Positions 1-7,618 of a DNA stretch of 64,000 bases are shown here, in pieces. The position numbers and the translations under genes were made by a program. The stretch's first letter is position 1. Each line of letters opens with the position of its first letter. A model generated the notes under the pieces. It was not told where the DNA came from and did no database searches. It worked only from the letters and a program-made list of their open reading frames with translations. The stretch covers positions 2,131,543 to 2,195,542 of the forward strand of contig CAWHDR010000001.1 in assembly GCA_963828165.1 (NCBI GenBank). The letters are read 5' to 3'. Origin of the DNA: an uncultured Chloroflexia bacterium (lineage in GTDB: Bacteria; Chloroflexota; Limnocylindria; Limnocylindrales; CSP1-4).

Positions 1-113
1 CGGTCGACGTCATCGGGCCAGATGAATACGGACTCGACCGCGACGATGACGGGCTCGGTTGCGAGTAGGGCTCGGAGAATTGATTGACTGTCGATACGAA
101 AGAGGGAGCATCG

Positions 114-869
114 ATGCGGGATCAGTTCAACGCGTTCGTCGCGAATCACGCGATGGCCTGGGAGCTGGCCATGGCGGCGTTGGCCATCGTCTACGTGGCG
201 ATCGGGTTCGCCCGGGACGCGACTGGGACACCGGCGCCGGCGGTTGAGATGGGGGAGCTGGTCCTGACGGTCGTCTTCGTCGCCGAGTTCGCGACCCGAA
301 TCGCGGCTACCAGAAACCGTGGTCGGTACCTGCGCGACCACGTACTCGACCTTGTCGCCCTCATCCCCATCGCTCGCGGCGTCCGAGTCTTCAGGCTGCT
401 CAGGCTGCTCAGGCTCGTCCGGGCGTTCACCGGACTTCGCCGCGCCTTCCTCAGCGTCGAGCGCGTCGCCAACCACCACGGCCTAGGAACGTTGGTGATC
501 GCCTGGTTCGGCACGATGCTCCTCTGTTCGTGGGCATTCCTGCTGGCGGAGAGTGGGTCCAACCCCCTCGTTGACGATGCCGGCGACGCAATGTGGTGGG
601 GACTGATGACGCTGACCGGTGGACCGTCAACGATCCAGGCTGTCACGCTCGAGGGCCAATGGATCACGGCCATCCTGTTGATCGTCGGTGTGGCACTTTT
701 TACGGGCATCACCGCCGTACTGGTGAGCTTCCTCGTCGCCACCGATCGAAAGCCAGGATTTGCGGACGATCTTCGTTCGCTCGAAACTGCCCGAGCCGAA
801 GGCACCATCACCGAGGCTGAGTTCGAACAGACCAGGGCCGCGATCCTCGCCCGCCTTCAACGGGCGTAG
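114..869 (+). CDS. 6-TM voltage-gated-type ion transport protein with SHOCT-like C-terminus
   Basis: ORF 84..869; in-frame ATG 114 follows AGAGGGAG (101-108). Six hydrophobic segments, S4-like RVFRLLRLLRLVRAF, pore loop MWWGLMTLTGGPS, C-terminal EGTITEAEFEQTRAAILARL resembling a SHOCT domain. Confidence 0.75.
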   Translation: MRDQFNAFVANHAMAWELAMAALAIVYVAIGFARDATGTPAPAVEMGELVLTVVFVAEFATRIAATRNRGRYLRDHVLDLVALIPIARGVRVFRLLRLLRLVRAFTGLRRAFLSVERVANHHGLGTLVIAWFGTMLLCSWAFLLAESGSNPLVDDAGDAMWWGLMTLTGGPSTIQAVTLEGQWITAILLIVGVALFTGITAVLVSFLVATDRKPGFADDLRSLETARAEGTITEAEFEQTRAAILARLQRA

Positions 870-892
870 AAGTCCCCGTCCTAAGGAGCGCC

Positions 893-1492
893 ATGGCGCC
901 TGTCCCACCTCCCATCCGGGTCCCCGGTCCGGCCGGTCCAGCGCCGAGGTGCACCGAATGCGGCGCTCTCAGGGCGATCGACGCCAGGTTCTGTCCGGAA
1001 TGTGGGACCGCCTACAGCCCCGCTGCGGCGCGACCGACGAAGGTTCGAGCCGACATGGGTGTGGGCGCCGGGTTCCGCTTCGGCATCGGCTTCTTTCTCG
1101 CGGCGGCGTTGTTTTCGGTCATCGCGTCGCTCGTTTCGCTCCTCTTGCTGGGAGCGTTCGTCAGCGCCATCACCACATCGATCGCTGGACTGGGCTCAAC
1201 TGGATCATCGAGTTTTGATGGGTCAGGAAACGCCGAGTCCACGCCGTTCCGCCTGAAGGGCGATGTCAAGGTGGCGTGGACAGCGACGGCGCCAGGTTCC
1301 GCTGCCTGTCGACACCGTGGTGCCCTCACGCGAGCGGATCGACCGATCGCGAGCGAGATCGTCGTGGACCTCGCGATCACGACCCAGCAATCGGGAACGT
1401 ATACGGCCGTGGGCCTGCCCGAGGCCGACTACGTCCTTGATATCGGCTCGACATGCGGCTGGACGTTTCGACTGACTCCAGAGCAGCCGTAG
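893..1492 (+). CDS. zinc-ribbon membrane protein (hypothetical)
   Basis: ATG 893 behind AAGGAG (883-888); CTECG...CPECG zinc-ribbon, one TM segment (FFLAAALFSVIASLVSLLLLGAF), then an extracytoplasmic domain. No family recognised. Confidence 0.55.
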   Translation: MAPVPPPIRVPGPAGPAPRCTECGALRAIDARFCPECGTAYSPAAARPTKVRADMGVGAGFRFGIGFFLAAALFSVIASLVSLLLLGAFVSAITTSIAGLGSTGSSSFDGSGNAESTPFRLKGDVKVAWTATAPGSAACRHRGALTRADRPIASEIVVDLAITTQQSGTYTAVGLPEADYVLDIGSTCGWTFRLTPEQP

Positions 1493-1642
1493 GTCGAACG
1501 AGCGGCAACGACCGTCGGATCGACGGCGTCGTGCTCGCAACCATGGATGTTCGACCACATTGCTTCGGCGCAGCCGCAAGCATCGCTATGCTGGATGCGC
1601 GTCCTGATATCGCCTGCTTGCGAACCCCTTGGAGATTGCCTC

Positions 1643-2110
1643 ATGACGGTCGCGCAACCCAAATCCCCACGGCTTCCACCGCGGTTCATCGTTCGTGGCG
1701 CCTGGGTGCTGCACCGCGCCATGCATCGGCTGACCGGCGGTCGCCGCGGACTCTGGAAGCCGCGACCCGGAAAGTGGGGGACGATGCGACTCACGACGGT
1801 CGGCCGCAAGACCGGCAATGAGCGCAGCGCGATCCTCGGCTATTACGAAGACGGGCCGAACCTCGTCACGATGGCGATGAACGGTTGGGCGGAACCCGAG
1901 CCCGCCTGGTGGCTCAACCTGCAGGCCAAACCCGACGTGACCGTCGAGCTGAAGGACGGCACCCGTGCGGTCAGGGGTCGTGCGGCCGAAGGCGCCGAAC
2001 GGGAGCGCCTGTGGGCGAGGTGGAGCGAGTTTGGCGACGCTCCCGACGGCTACGCAAGCCGACGTCCGACCCAGACGGAGGTCGTGGTCCTCGAGCCGCG
2101 GACCGACTGA
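1643..2110 (+). CDS. deazaflavin (F420)-dependent nitroreductase family protein (DUF385-like)
   Basis: ORF 1547..2110, start moved to ATG 1643 behind GGAGA; MRLTTVGRKTGNERSAILGYYEDGPNLVTMAMNGW...EPAWWLNL is typical of the Ddn/DUF385 family. Confidence 0.75.
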   Translation: MTVAQPKSPRLPPRFIVRGAWVLHRAMHRLTGGRRGLWKPRPGKWGTMRLTTVGRKTGNERSAILGYYEDGPNLVTMAMNGWAEPEPAWWLNLQAKPDVTVELKDGTRAVRGRAAEGAERERLWARWSEFGDAPDGYASRRPTQTEVVVLEPRTD

Positions 2111-2126
2111 GCCGCCACCGACAGCA

Positions 2127-2618
2127 TCAGCTCAGCGGCTGGCTTCGCTCCCCCTCCCCGGGCTTCCAGATCGTGATCGTCAGCTGGCCGTCCCGGAATT
2201 CGACCGACGAGGCGCCGGCGAGGTCGGCGACGTAGAACGGATCGAACTTCTGGCCCCGGAGGTCGAACCCGGACTCCGCGAACAGGTCCTCGGCAAACCG
2301 CGCGTGCAGCTCCAGATCCTGGACGTTCCGCGCCTCGCCCCAGACCTTGGCGTCACCGTCGGTAAGGTGCGTATCGACCGTCGCGGTGTGCAGGGAGAAC
2401 CGCGGATCGCGAGCCAGGTCGCGGAACTTCGTCGTGTTCGGCATCCCGACGAGGACCAGGTGACCATCGAGGATCCGCGGCTCCATCGGGCTGATGCGGG
2501 GAGCTCCATCGGATCGAAGCGTGGCCAGGAAGCAGAGGTTGCCCGTCGCCTTGTGGCGGCGCACGAATACCTCGGCGATCCCCGGCGCTTCCCGGGCGAG
2601 TTCGTTCCAGTCGACCAT
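2127..2618 (-). CDS. pyridoxamine 5-phosphate oxidase family (split-barrel FMN-binding) protein
   Basis: 163-aa ORF; NLCFLATLRSDGAPRISPMEP...LVGMPNTTKFRDLARDPRFSLH matches PNPOx-like proteins. Confidence 0.75.
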   Translation of the reverse strand: MVDWNELAREAPGIAEVFVRRHKATGNLCFLATLRSDGAPRISPMEPRILDGHLVLVGMPNTTKFRDLARDPRFSLHTATVDTHLTDGDAKVWGEARNVQDLELHARFAEDLFAESGFDLRGQKFDPFYVADLAGASSVEFRDGQLTITIWKPGEGERSQPLS

Positions 2619-2664
2619 CCGCCAAGACTACGATGGGCGCGTGACGGACGTGCGTTCGGGTCGC

Positions 2665-3016
2665 ATGGACGAGGGGCGCGCCGCGCTCGCCGACTACCAG
2701 TGGGCGGCGGCACTCGCGGCCTTCCGGCCATCGCGCTCATTCGCCTCCGTCGAGCAGCGGCCGACGTACGTTCGACGCGGCCCTCGCCGACCACCAACGC
2801 GCCCGCGATGAGCGGACCCGCGCGATGTTCGATTTCACCAAGCAGCTTGTCGGCTTCGACCCACCGAGCGAGGAGGACGCCGCGCTCTTCGCGGCCATCG
2901 CCGCCGATACCCAGGCCTCCAACGACTTCGCCAGCGTCCTTGCCGGCACGATGTCCGTCGAGGCGTTCTTCGATCCGGCGAACCTCGGCCGCCTGATCGG
3001 CGAACCTGCGGCCTAA
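2665..3016 (+). CDS. hypothetical protein, reading frame broken once (about 2750)
   Basis: ATG 2665 (MDEGRAALADYQWAAALAAF...) in ORF 2494..2811. The plausible continuation ...TFDAALADHQRARDERTRAMFDFTKQLVGFDPPSEEDAALFAAIAAD... is in the +1 frame (ORF 2825..3016). No family recognised. Confidence 0.3.
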
Positions 3017-3020
3017 CCGC

Positions 3021-3671
3021 TCACGGGTCCACCCTGATCGACCCAGCGGCGACCCCTTCCATGAGGCCGACGAGGACTGCCACGACCTCGTCGTCGGAGA
3101 GGCCGCCGCCAGCCAGGGATCGCCACGTCGTGAAGGCGATGGCGTGGCCCAGCACGGCCTTGAAGGTCAGCTGGCGGTCCGGTTCGATCTGCCAGCCCTC
3201 GATCAACGTGTCGATCAGCGCGATCATCCGCGCCTCGAACGCGTCTGGCGTCGTCGATGGTGGCGCACCGGGATCAACGTCGAAGAGGACGTTGCCGAGC
3301 ATCTGCTCGTTCGCCCGGTACCAGGCGATCATCTCGGTCAGGCCGTGCCGCAGCCGGTCCAGCGGGCCGGCGATCGTGCGCCACCCGTCCGGTTCCGGCA
3401 TGCGGGTCGAGCGGATCCCGTGCACCGTGCAAGCCTCGTAGAGCAATTCGAGATCCGGGAAGTGCGCATAGACCGTGTGCCGCTGCAGACCGGCGCGCTC
3501 GGCGATGGCGCGGATCGTGGTGCGCGACGGGCCGACCGTCGCATGGAGCTCGAAGGTCGCGGCGACGATGCGCTCGCGCGTTTGCTCGACCGCGGTCTGC
3601 CGGCGGCCCATCCGGTATGGCCGGCGCGCCGCCGGCGTTCGATCGGGTTTCGTCTGCCCAGCCATGTGCAC
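3021..3671 (-). CDS. TetR family transcriptional regulator
   Basis: N-terminal HTH RERIVAATFELHATVGPSRTTIRAIAERAGLQRHTVYAHFPD; GTG 3671 or ATG 3665 start; divergent from the cupin gene. Confidence 0.85.
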   Translation of the reverse strand: MHMAGQTKPDRTPAARRPYRMGRRQTAVEQTRERIVAATFELHATVGPSRTTIRAIAERAGLQRHTVYAHFPDLELLYEACTVHGIRSTRMPEPDGWRTIAGPLDRLRHGLTEMIAWYRANEQMLGNVLFDVDPGAPPSTTPDAFEARMIALIDTLIEGWQIEPDRQLTFKAVLGHAIAFTTWRSLAGGGLSDDEVVAVLVGLMEGVAAGSIRVDP

Positions 3672-3679
3672 CGAAAGTA

Positions 3680-3738
3680 TTGACCGCGGCCGGTGTGGGC
3701 GCTATGGTCTGTCGCACATGATTGCACATGCATGTGCA
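3680..3738 (+). promoter_or_regulatory. sigma70-like promoter (TTGACC-17-TATGGT) followed by a perfect 16-bp palindrome, candidate TetR operator
   Basis: TTGACC 3680-3685, 17-nt spacer, TATGGT 3703-3708; TGCACATGCATGTGCA at 3723-3738 is its own reverse complement and lies between the -10 box and the cupin RBS (GGAG 3747-3750). Confidence 0.55.
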
Positions 3739-3758
3739 TCGAAATTGGAGGCGAGCTG

Positions 3759-4262
3759 ATGACGGTCGTCGAGCGGACGCGATACCTGGTGGAGCCCGGG
3801 GCGGGGGAGATGATCTGGGACGGCCCGATCGACACCACCGTCAAGGTGCCGACGGAGACGACGCACGGGGCGCTATCGATCACCGAGATGGCGGTCAAGC
3901 CCGGGTTCATGGTGCCGCCACACGTCCACAGCGACACCGACGAGTGGTCGTACGTGCTCTTCGGGCGTATCGGCGCGCGGATCGGCGACGACGAGTTCAC
4001 CGCCGAACCCGGCAGCTGGATCCTCAAGCCGCGCGGCCTGATGCACACCTTCTGGAATGCCGGGCCCGAGCCGGCTCGCATCATCGAGCTGCTGACGCCC
4101 GGCGCCTTCGAGCACATGTTCCGCGGGATGGCCGACCTCGCGGCGTGCGACGAGCTGACCGCCGAACGGATGGATAGCCTGGGCGTCGAGTTCGGGACGA
4201 CGATGGACATGGCATGGGTGCCCGACCTGGCGGCCCGGTACGGAGTCGAGGTCGCGCTCTAG
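3759..4262 (+). CDS. cupin domain protein
   Basis: ORF 3693..4262, ATG 3759 behind GGAG; cupin motifs PPHVHSDTDEWSYVLFG and GLMHTFWNAG. Paralogue of 8564..9094. Confidence 0.8.
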   Translation: MTVVERTRYLVEPGAGEMIWDGPIDTTVKVPTETTHGALSITEMAVKPGFMVPPHVHSDTDEWSYVLFGRIGARIGDDEFTAEPGSWILKPRGLMHTFWNAGPEPARIIELLTPGAFEHMFRGMADLAACDELTAERMDSLGVEFGTTMDMAWVPDLAARYGVEVAL

Positions 4263-4342
4263 AGACGGGTCGGTGCCGCCGCCCCCGAAGAAGAGCCTGG
4301 AGCATCCGGCACACAGGCGGTGGGATCGACCCGATATGCGAG

Positions 4343-5209
4343 CTAGCCAACGAACCGAGCGACCACGGCCGCGGTCGCGTCCGGTTGCTCGAGCTGGGGT
4401 AGGTCCCCGGCGCCCTCGATGGTGATCCGTTCCAGGTGGGCGTTCGCGGCGACAAGCGATTCCGCGGCCGCGGGGTCGGTGAAGTGCGGGTGATCCCCGA
4501 AGAGGAGGAGCGTCGGGTTCGAGAGCCGCTGGTAGGCGTCCTCGGCGCGTGGATCATTGAGTAGTCCGGAGACGAATGCCAGCGGAGCCCGGTAGGCGCC
4601 CGGCTGCTGGCTTGTGTGCCAGCAGTACCGCTCGTACTCGCGCGGGACCCCCTCCGGATGCGCGAAGGTCTGCCGGAGGAACCAGCGGATCACCTGGCGC
4701 CGAGCGAGCACCGCGAAGATCAGCCGACCGACCCCCGTCCGACGCAGGAACCGATAAAGGTTCCGCGAGGATCGGCCGGCGCTGCCTTTGAAGCGGCCGA
4801 ATCCGGTCGGACTGATGAAGACGATGCGACCGAAACGGTCCGGATGCTCCGCGGCCGCGACGACGACGTACTGCGCCGGAAGGGAGAGGGCGACGACATC
4901 GACCGAGGCCTCGCCCGGCTGCAGGGCGGCCACCCGGATACGTTCGAGCTGCTCGCCATAGAGTTCCCAGCCATATGGCGCGTCGGGCCGATCAGATGTC
5001 CCGAACCCGAGCCAGTCGACCAGCACCACCCGCCGATGCTCCGCCAGCCGGATGGCCAGCGGAGCCAGCTCCATGCCGGTACCGGCTGCGTTGAAGCTGT
5101 GCAGGAGCAGGATCGTTCGTCCCTCGCCCAGCTGATAGGCGCTCACCCTGCCGGCCGCGGTCTCCAGATCAAATGGGACACCGGCTACGGGAGGCGGCAG
5201 GGGGTTCAC
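4343..5209 (-). CDS. alpha/beta hydrolase fold protein (last gene of the heliorhodopsin operon)
   Basis: Only the C-terminal 288 codons of ORF 4343..5785 look like protein (TILLLHSFNAAG..VVLVDWLGFGTSDRP..VVALSLPAQY..LLLFGDHPHF). GTG 5209 overlaps the upstream stop as GTGA. The nucleophile elbow is A-L-S-L-P rather than GxSxG. Confidence 0.8.
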   Translation of the reverse strand: MNPLPPPVAGVPFDLETAAGRVSAYQLGEGRTILLLHSFNAAGTGMELAPLAIRLAEHRRVVLVDWLGFGTSDRPDAPYGWELYGEQLERIRVAALQPGEASVDVVALSLPAQYVVVAAAEHPDRFGRIVFISPTGFGRFKGSAGRSSRNLYRFLRRTGVGRLIFAVLARRQVIRWFLRQTFAHPEGVPREYERYCWHTSQQPGAYRAPLAFVSGLLNDPRAEDAYQRLSNPTLLLFGDHPHFTDPAAAESLVAANAHLERITIEGAGDLPQLEQPDATAAVVARFVG

Positions 5210-6054
5210 GCCCGCGCCCGCAGCTCTTCGATCAGGTCGCCGAGCCCGCGCGGATCGGCGACCCAGCCGTCCGCACCGAGATCGAGCGCCACGCGCCCGT
5301 CCGGGATCGCGTTTCCGCCGACCAGGCGGGGAACCGACGGACGTTCGCGAAGGGCGGCGGCCAGAAGGCGTCCGGCCGCCGGACGGCGCTCGGTGTCGAC
5401 GACACTCACGACGACCGCGGCGAGAGATCCCGCACCACGAATTGCAGCGACGAGCGACGCGGCCGGCGTGTCGGGGCCCAGGTTGAGCACCCCGTAGCCG
5501 GCTTCCGTCAGGATGTCGGCGAGCATCGCTACCCCGAGTCCGTGACGCTCGCCGGATGGCATCGCCAGGATGACGATGTCCTTCTTGCGGCCCGGGCGCA
5601 CGAACCGAGGGCCCAGGCGTCCGATCAGGGTCGTGGCCACGCTGCTCGCGAGATGCTCCTGATCGATGGTGATCGCGCCGTCCTGCCATGACGCCCCGAT
5701 GGCGTGCAACGACGGTGCCAGGATGCGGACATGGACCTCGGCCGGCGCGAAGCCCGAGGCCATGGCAGCCTCGATGACTTGCCAACTACCGGCGACGTCC
5801 CCGCTGAGCATCCGCGCCTGAAGTCGCTCCTGCCACACCGACACCCGCGGATGGCTACGCCCGCGGCGGCGGCGACCACGTTCGGGCGGCGTCGGCGTCC
5901 GCTCGAGATCGGCGCGAGCGATCGTCCACGTCCCTCCGACCTTCCGGGCGGGCAGGATCCCCAGCCGGACTCGACGATAGATCGTCATGTAGTGGACGCC
6001 GAGAAGATCGGCGGCCTCGTGCAGGCTGAGATGACGTGCGGGGTCCGACGGCAT
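5206..6054 (-). CDS. HTH (excisionase/MerR-superfamily) plus B12-binding domain regulator, CarH/LitR-like photoreceptor candidate
   Basis: Start taken at ATG 6054 (M44 of ORF 5206..6183), which shares one base with the upstream TGA. HTH LSLHEAADLLGVHYMTIYRRVRLGILPARKVGGTWTI. Helical-bundle W123-x9-E133-H134 (IGASWQDGAITIDQEHLASS). Rossmann B12 motif E-R-H171-G-L-G in VILAMPSGERHGLGVAMLADIL. Confidence 0.8.
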   Translation of the reverse strand: MPSDPARHLSLHEAADLLGVHYMTIYRRVRLGILPARKVGGTWTIARADLERTPTPPERGRRRRGRSHPRVSVWQERLQARMLSGDVAGSWQVIEAAMASGFAPAEVHVRILAPSLHAIGASWQDGAITIDQEHLASSVATTLIGRLGPRFVRPGRKKDIVILAMPSGERHGLGVAMLADILTEAGYGVLNLGPDTPAASLVAAIRGAGSLAAVVVSVVDTERRPAAGRLLAAALRERPSVPRLVGGNAIPDGRVALDLGADGWVADPRGLGDLIEELRARA

Positions 6055-6845
6055 CAGCCCGCCAGCGTCCCCGCGAAGACCTGCCAGGCGAGCGCCGACT
6101 TCGCGACCAGGCTGAGCACGAAATAGGCCCTCTCGCCGAACACGTACGACTTCCATCGACCGACCCGCCGGTATTGGAGCCACATGTTAAGCGCGAAGAT
6201 GTTGAAGAAGACGAAGAGCGAGACGAAGATCGCGTAGACGAAGGCGGGCGGCTCGGCGGCGCTACCGGGCGACCAGAGGTAGACGCCCACGGCCAACCAC
6301 GGCGCGATCCCGACGACGCATCCAAGCCAGAACGGCCAAAGCGAACCGCCCGGTCGCTCGTATCGCTCCTGGACCGCACCGAAGAGGATCATGGCCGCAT
6401 TGGCCGCGAAGATGCCGATCAGCGCCGCGATATCGCTGATCCCGGTGAGCATGGCGATGAGCGCGATCATGACCGACGATGAGAGCGAATACTCGGCCCA
6501 GCGGAAGTAGTTGTGCTGCGCCGCCAGGCCGGAGGTGTAGCGCTCGAAGACACCGGGCACCGCCACGAGCCAGTGGAAGGCTGCGGACAGCAGCAGGAAG
6601 AGCGCGACGCCCCACGCCACGGAGACTTCGAACAGGGTGGTCGGCGGGCCTGCGGGAGTTCCCGGTGGGCCCTCCATGAACGTCGCGGTGACCGGCAGCG
6701 CGAAGGCGGTGGCGAGCGCGAGCACGGCCACGGCCTGGACGGCATGGAGGAAGCCAAGCCCGATGTTCCAGCGCCGCAGCGACGCGACCTGGGAGCCGGG
6801 GAGTTCGACGATGGGCGCGGTCATGGATTGGCCGGTGGCGATCAC
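6054..6845 (-). CDS. heliorhodopsin
   Basis: 263 aa, 7 TM. Near-collinear match, from memory, to heliorhodopsin 48C12: LHAVQAVAVLALATAFALPVT, GPPGT, FRWAEYSLSSSVMIALIA (E118 counter-ion position), PFWLGCVVGIAPW, GERAYFVLSLVAKSALAWQVFAGTL (K249 Schiff-base lysine). GTG 6845 behind AAGGA; alternative ATG 6824. Confidence 0.9.
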   Translation of the reverse strand: MIATGQSMTAPIVELPGSQVASLRRWNIGLGFLHAVQAVAVLALATAFALPVTATFMEGPPGTPAGPPTTLFEVSVAWGVALFLLLSAAFHWLVAVPGVFERYTSGLAAQHNYFRWAEYSLSSSVMIALIAMLTGISDIAALIGIFAANAAMILFGAVQERYERPGGSLWPFWLGCVVGIAPWLAVGVYLWSPGSAAEPPAFVYAIFVSLFVFFNIFALNMWLQYRRVGRWKSYVFGERAYFVLSLVAKSALAWQVFAGTLAG

Positions 6846-6926
6846 GGCTGTTCCTTCGCGGTATGAGGCTGGGGTCTGGGGTGACGGATGGGCGCTGTGT
6901 CAGATGATCAACTCGACCGGCGCAGT

Positions 6927-6940
6927 ATTTAGCACTAAAT
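6927..6940. promoter_or_regulatory. AT-rich inverted repeat ATTTAG-CA-CTAAAT upstream of the heliorhodopsin operon (candidate operator or -10 region)
   Basis: The one obviously AT-rich patch in the 230-bp divergent intergenic region 6846..7075; 6-2-6 inverted repeat read directly from the sequence. Function is inferred only. Confidence 0.3.
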
Positions 6941-7075
6941 CCGATCTGTCAAGCAAGGATCCCGCGAGGTCGTGACAGGAGTCGACGCCGGTTGGTACAT
7001 CTGTCCATAGGTCCCACCACCTCGACAGCTGACAGTTCGCTACGCAACTACCTGCTATCGAGGAACTGTCACCAC

Positions 7076-7516
7076 ATGCGTACCCACCGACCCCTGATCT
7101 CCGCCCTCCTTGCCCTCGTCGCGCTTGCGGGATTCGCCCCCGCTGCCCTCGGCGCCGGCGCGACCACCCAGACCTTCCGCGACTCGTTCCAGCTCATCGA
7201 CGACCACGGCGATGAGGCGTACATCTTCGACGTCGAAGCGGTCTCCCACCTGACCACGCGCCCGGACGGGACGATGTCCGTGACCTACAACCAGCGACAG
7301 GTGCAAACGCACACGGTCGGGGGCGTGGTCGTCGACGTCATCATCTCGAACTCGGCGCAGCACTCGCTGTCGCTCGGCGAGGACATGACGTTCGTGAGCC
7401 ACACCAGCGCGCACGATCGCTACAGAGCGGGCGACGATGCCTGCCAGACCACGACCCTGTGGCAGGTCGTGGACAACGAGCTTGTCATGCAGCACTTCAA
7501 GAGCGTCTGCCCGTAG
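7076..7516 (+). CDS. secreted hypothetical protein
   Basis: ORF 6992..7516, ATG 7076 gives signal peptide MRTHRPLISALLALVALAGFAPAALGAG; two Cys near the C-terminus. No family recognised. Confidence 0.5.
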   Translation: MRTHRPLISALLALVALAGFAPAALGAGATTQTFRDSFQLIDDHGDEAYIFDVEAVSHLTTRPDGTMSVTYNQRQVQTHTVGGVVVDVIISNSAQHSLSLGEDMTFVSHTSAHDRYRAGDDACQTTTLWQVVDNELVMQHFKSVCP

Positions 7517-7618
7517 GGGACGACAGGCCGGGGAGGGCCGGCGAACCGATCCTCCCCTACGCCCTCACGTGAGCCGTACCCGGCGGCCCGAGCGGTCGAC
7601 TGGTACATTCCCGCCGGG

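Noticed and set aside
1-83. Partial gene at the left edge (a minus-strand frame reads ..LATEPVIVAVESVFIWPDDVD)
   Set aside because: It is only about 25 codons, with no start codon or RBS identifiable before it collides with the channel gene promoter region. Evidence is insufficient.
5210-5785. N-terminal 192 codons of ORF 4343..5785
   Set aside because: This part overlaps the B12-regulator gene in another frame and translates to Arg/Gly/Pro low complexity. The hydrolase-like sequence begins exactly at GTG 5209.
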